Source of the DNA: Promethearchaeota archaeon
GTDB taxonomy: Archaea; Asgardarchaeota; Lokiarchaeia; Sigyniarchaeales; SOKP01
DNA length: 30,225 bases
Assembly (NCBI GenBank): GCA_019894975.1
Contig: JAGXNO010000042.1
Span: 1 to 30,225, forward strand
Direction: 5' to 3'
Shown here: positions 26,981-30,225 of the stretch, one piece after another
Numbering within the stretch: the first letter of the stretch is position 1
How the letters are laid out: every line of letters begins with the position of its first letter
Program-made: the position numbers and the translations under genes
The notes under the pieces: model-generated
The model's database searches: none
Seen by the model: only the letters and a program-made list of their open reading frames with translations
What the model was told of the DNA's origin: nothing

Positions 26981-28189
26981 ATGTCAGATCAAACCAATAA
27001 AGATGTTATTTTAAAAGACTTCTTTAAACGTAATGTATTAATTAGTGAACTTGAAGAAGTTTTAAGATTCAAACCAGAAACGTTAATAGGTGTAGATAAA
27101 GTTAGTTCCGATCAATTACATGCAAATGGTATAAAAACTGTTGGAGAATTAGCGAGCCTATCTGTTGCAAATCTTCCTGAAATAAAAAACGTATTACCAT
27201 CGATGTTACAAAAATGGATTAAAATAGCTCAGTTAATCCAAAAAAATATTCAGGAACAATTAAGAAGGCATAAGAAATTACTAATGATCGGGCTTGATAA
27301 TGGGGGAAAAACTTCTATTTTAGCACTAATTCAAGAAAAATTTTCAATAATTAAATCTTTACTTCCGACAAGAGGTGTCAAAAGAGAAAAGTTAGATTTC
27401 TTCGGTTACCCAATAATTTCATGGGACCTTGGAGGGCAAGTTCAATATCGCGAGAAACTATACTTCAATAGACCAGAACTTTTCTTTACAGAAGCGGATA
27501 TTATTTTATATGTTGTTGACAGTCAGGAACCTGATAGGTTTCCGGAATCTGCGAATTATTTTCGAGAAGTCTTAAAAGTTTTAAAGGAATTGAAGGAAAA
27601 ACCGGCCATACTCGTTGTTCTGAGTAAAAGTGATCAGGATATTCGCAAAACCCTTCAATGGCAACAAAACGTTTCTACCGTAAAAAATAAATTAGGTAAA
27701 GTCGCAGATGAGTTTGAGCAGTTTACCATCGATTTTTGTGATACAACTATATTTGATAGACATACAATAATGCAGATGTTTAGTATCGCATTGAAAAAAG
27801 TTTCTGATACCTCAGAAATCATTGAAAATATCCTTGAAGATTTTTGCTCTCAAGTAGATGCCAAAGCTTCGAGTTTAGTATCAATGGATGGGCTGATTTT
27901 TGGGAGTTATACCAATACGGATACCGATGAAATGCTCGTAAACAACACAGCATTACTCTTGCAAACACTTTCCAATTTCTATAACTCTATTGGTTTGATA
28001 CGGGAGAAATCAATAAGACTTGATTTACCTCTTAATGGGTTTACCATCCGAGGAGAGAAACTTTTTGAATACTCAGATCTCCAAATTCCGGTATATCTTT
28101 GGGCGCTTTCTGAAGAACCTGAAAAATTAGAAGGTAAGTTAGACTATTTCAAGGAACAATTATTACCGTTAATTAATCTTTTCCTTTAG
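26981..28189 (+). CDS. Arf-like small GTPase with N-terminal HhH-like and C-terminal roadblock-like domains
   Basis: G1 GLDNGGKT (aa 104-111), G2 PTRG, G3 WDLGGQ, G4 variant SKSD, G5-like TTI. N-terminal LIGVDKVSSDQLHANGIKTVGELA; C-terminal ASSLVSMDGLIFGSY. Confidence 0.88.
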   Translation: MSDQTNKDVILKDFFKRNVLISELEEVLRFKPETLIGVDKVSSDQLHANGIKTVGELASLSVANLPEIKNVLPSMLQKWIKIAQLIQKNIQEQLRRHKKLLMIGLDNGGKTSILALIQEKFSIIKSLLPTRGVKREKLDFFGYPIISWDLGGQVQYREKLYFNRPELFFTEADIILYVVDSQEPDRFPESANYFREVLKVLKELKEKPAILVVLSKSDQDIRKTLQWQQNVSTVKNKLGKVADEFEQFTIDFCDTTIFDRHTIMQMFSIALKKVSDTSEIIENILEDFCSQVDAKASSLVSMDGLIFGSYTNTDTDEMLVNNTALLLQTLSNFYNSIGLIREKSIRLDLPLNGFTIRGEKLFEYSDLQIPVYLWALSEEPEKLEGKLDYFKEQLLPLINLFL

Positions 28190-28199
28190 TTAATTTTTT

Positions 28200-28239
28200 T
28201 TATTAGTTGTTTCGGATCGTATAAAAATTAATGGTTTCA
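28200..28239. repeat. Direct repeat copy 1 (att-like; orphan duplicate of the methyltransferase 3' end)
   Basis: 38/40 identical to 28847-28886; core TTTCGGATCGTATAAAAATTAATGGTTTCA (28210-28239) is exact. Minus strand reads ETINFYTIRNN**. Confidence 0.9.
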
Positions 28240-28271
28240 TTTTTAATTGTTAACAAGGTCTAAAGCAAAAT

Positions 28272-28838
28272 ATGATAAAGCATGGGCAAGTAATTAGATT
28301 AAAAAGTGAAAATTTAAGGTGGATTAGATCTAATCTCAGAAAGCTTTTCCTAACTGCTTTAAGTTATCAATTTAACCGTTTAGTAGATCAAGGCCATCTT
28401 CAATCATCAGTAGATAATTTTAACGGAGTTCAGAAGATAGATCAGAGGATTCGCTCAACAGATGACTTGTTCAAGTTTTCGATCTGCCGATGTCGAAGGT
28501 GTTGGAGTGTAGAGAGAGATGCTGTCTTTTGGAGCGATGAGATTGAGTATCAATTCTGGTATCCTCCTCTTAGCGATGAAGAGAAATGTAATATTACGCC
28601 AGACACGTACTGGGTGTGTCCCGAGTGTTTCGCTATTCAAATGGAGATTGTTAAAAGACGAAAGAAAGAAAAATACTATTACTTCCGAGAGTATGACATT
28701 GCTGACACTCTGTATAGCATTGGTATTAAAAAACCTGAAGATATTGAAGCTTTCCTAAAAGAAGAAGCGAAATTTTTTGATGATGAATATTATGAAGCAG
28801 AGGACCGTTCCTATAGAAAACAGGATCTGGGTGGGTAG
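28272..28838 (+). CDS. Hypothetical protein with putative zinc-binding Cys motifs, inside the repeat-flanked segment
   Basis: 188-aa ATG ORF with SICRCRRC and WVCPECF and an acidic C-terminus; fills the space between the two repeat copies. Confidence 0.7.
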   Translation: MIKHGQVIRLKSENLRWIRSNLRKLFLTALSYQFNRLVDQGHLQSSVDNFNGVQKIDQRIRSTDDLFKFSICRCRRCWSVERDAVFWSDEIEYQFWYPPLSDEEKCNITPDTYWVCPECFAIQMEIVKRRKKEKYYYFREYDIADTLYSIGIKKPEDIEAFLKEEAKFFDDEYYEAEDRSYRKQDLGG

Positions 28839-28846
28839 GTGCAGTA

Positions 28847-28886
28847 TTATTATTTTTTTCGGATCGTATAAAAATTAATGGTTTCA
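28847..28886. repeat. Direct repeat copy 2 (encodes the methyltransferase C-terminus and stop)
   Basis: Minus strand reads ETINFYTIRKK**; 647 bp from copy 1. Confidence 0.9.
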
Positions 28887-29470
28887 CCATTAGATACTTT
28901 AATTGAAATGCCCTTTCGATTAATATAATCTTGAGGGTCAATATAATCAATTTTAAATCCATATTTTTTAAAATCCTTCTCGATCTGTTTTTTAGACCAT
29001 TCAATTACTACGATAACTCCCTTAGTATTAAGAACTCTCAAACACTCATTAAGAGCTAGCTCTCTATCTTGAATATGTTGAAGAGCATCATACAAAAATA
29101 TTCCATCAAAAGAATTATCTTCAAATGGTAAATTTTGAGCATTAAAATATTGAAATTTAATCTTTTCCTCAACCCCAAGCATCTTGGCAGATTTTTTCCA
29201 GGAACTCGAAGCACCACCGTGATGTTCTTCTTGATGGTGATGATGATCGTGAGCTCCAAGACCATTTCTTTCAGGGTCTACCTTAGGTTCACCAGTTAAA
29301 ATGCTGAAACAATTTAATGCAAGCAAGGTTGACATCGTACCCATCCCTGTACCGATATCTAATATCTTGCTCTCTTTATTCAAATTAAGTTGTTTAATAT
29401 TTTCATCTATGAATTCAGCATCTTCGGCAAATTCACGGAAGATCTTCTTGTACTTATCCAAATCCACCAT
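28850..29470 (-). CDS. Class I SAM-dependent methyltransferase with His-rich insertion
   Basis: ILDIGTGMG, NAQNLPFEDNSFDGIFLYDALQHI and ECLRVLNTKGVIVVIE. Insertion HDHHHHQEEHHGG follows the ILTGEP strand. Confidence 0.9.
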   Translation of the reverse strand: MVDLDKYKKIFREFAEDAEFIDENIKQLNLNKESKILDIGTGMGTMSTLLALNCFSILTGEPKVDPERNGLGAHDHHHHQEEHHGGASSSWKKSAKMLGVEEKIKFQYFNAQNLPFEDNSFDGIFLYDALQHIQDRELALNECLRVLNTKGVIVVIEWSKKQIEKDFKKYGFKIDYIDPQDYINRKGISIKVSNGETINFYTIRKK

Positions 29471-29472
29471 TG

Positions 29473-29682
29473 TTATAGACCATCTCGAGCAATTAATAAG
29501 TATTTATTACACTTATCTAACATTTCAATTGCTTTATTTAAATTTTCCACAACTTTTTCTAAACCTTTACTTTTAGCAATATCTCGCCATTTCGAAAAGT
29601 TTTCCTTATGAGAAACGTTATGATCAGCCCAATGCTCACATAATTTTGATAATTTCAGAATATCTTTATCAAGTTTTTCCAT
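29473..29682 (-). CDS. Small helical protein with HWxxHNxxH putative metal-binding motif
   Basis: LCEHWADHNVSHKENFSKW followed by an amphipathic helix. Ends 2 bp before the methyltransferase ATG. Confidence 0.7.
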   Translation of the reverse strand: MEKLDKDILKLSKLCEHWADHNVSHKENFSKWRDIAKSKGLEKVVENLNKAIEMLDKCNKYLLIARDGL

Positions 29683-29837
29683 ATCAATTCACATCTCTAT
29701 AATCTACTAATGAATCTACAATCAAATTAACTAATAAATAAGAATCTTCTTAGGCAGATTAATGTTTGGTTTTTCTATTTGAATAGATTTAAATAACTAT
29801 ACCTTGTTATTGAACTACGCACTCAATTTTGGATTGA

Positions 29838-30113
29838 ATGACCATGCAAAAAATAGAAGATTATGATACTGAAGCAAAAGCACGTATGAAATGGATTAAT
29901 TATAAAGGACACGAAATTCTTCTTGATGATTATACAAATGTCTTTCCAGAACAATTTGCACCTTTAGTTAAGAGGATCACTGATCTGACTTTCCAATCTG
30001 GAAAGAAAGATATTTTATTGATAGTAGATGTTACAGGTGCATTTGCGAATAAAGAAGCTGTTAATGCATTCAGCGAATCTGGGAAAAAATCAAAAGTTCT
30101 TATAAAAAAATAA
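29838..30113 (+). pseudogene. STAS/SpoIIAA-like small protein, probably C-terminally truncated
   Basis: RMKWINYKGHEILLDDY...ILLIVDVTGAFANKEAVNAF resembles recalled ~125-130 aa STAS-like proteins. The ORF stops at 91 aa (LIKK*), where a further strand and helix would be expected. The truncation is inferred from memory of the family. Confidence 0.45.
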
Positions 30114-30168
30114 ATCTTATAAACCAAAAAACAGACTGAACAGACAAAGATCAACCATAGCAGGTATC

Positions 30169-30198
30169 AGTATAGAAAAAATAAGTATAGAAAAAATA
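30169..30198. repeat. Perfect 15-bp tandem duplication
   Basis: AGTATAGAAAAAATA at 30169-30183 and 30184-30198. Confidence 0.8.
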
Positions 30199-30225
30199 CT
30201 CAGTTAATATTGTTCGATGGAATGC

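Noticed and set aside
28200-28886. Repeat pair as DGR template/variable region or CRISPR
   Set aside because: Only two 40-bp copies. The AAC AAC versus AAA AAA differences leave the AAC adenines unchanged, unlike typical DGR mutagenesis. No reverse transcriptase, cas genes or spacer periodicity.
479-29470. All methyl/cobalamin genes in the window (MTase-HgcA, pcm, B12-radical SAM, MtrH-like, His-rich MTase) as one pathway cluster
   Set aside because: They are scattered over 29 kb in separate transcription units among unrelated genes, and these families are abundant, so co-location alone is weak evidence.
104-30154. Short overlapping or antisense ORFs in the track (e.g. 104-352, 798-1028, 1653-1871, 2589-2846, 2824-3027, 4294-4485, 6300-6563, 7239-7517, 8998-9198, 12759-12947, 17261-17449, 20854-21204, 21932-22129, 22556-22834, 25684-25908, 26377-26826, 28455-28758, 28726-29004, 29056-29611, 29930-30154)
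   Set aside because: They overlap longer motif-supported genes and show no recognisable motifs; most likely shadow ORFs.

Overview
AT-rich archaeal window, most likely from an Asgard (Lokiarchaeia-like) genome. That assignment is inferred from an Arf-type GTPase fused to a roadblock-like domain, membrane-anchored longin-like proteins and a vWA-RING protein. About 24 CDS are supported; no rRNA, tRNA, CRISPR array, transposase or integrase was seen. Highlights: (1) an hgcA-like/hgcB-like pair (111-2158) in which the HgcA-like corrinoid membrane protein has a class I SAM-methyltransferase fused at its N-terminus and a variant cap helix (NVWCAARG); (2) two tandem paralogous receptor-like proteins with a sequon-rich ectodomain, one TM helix and a cytoplasmic longin-like domain; (3) a 746-aa protein with six HTH-like repeats (four with exact 62-aa Trp spacing) and a PD-(D/E)XK-like C-terminal domain, lying between GH57 and maltokinase-like genes; (4) a 647-bp segment with one Cys-motif ORF, bounded by a 40-bp direct repeat that duplicates the 3' end of a methyltransferase gene (att-like scar); (5) matching TGTAAT clusters at both ends of a divergent RHH/ArsR intergenic region. 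All calls come from reading motifs by eye; no database search was run.
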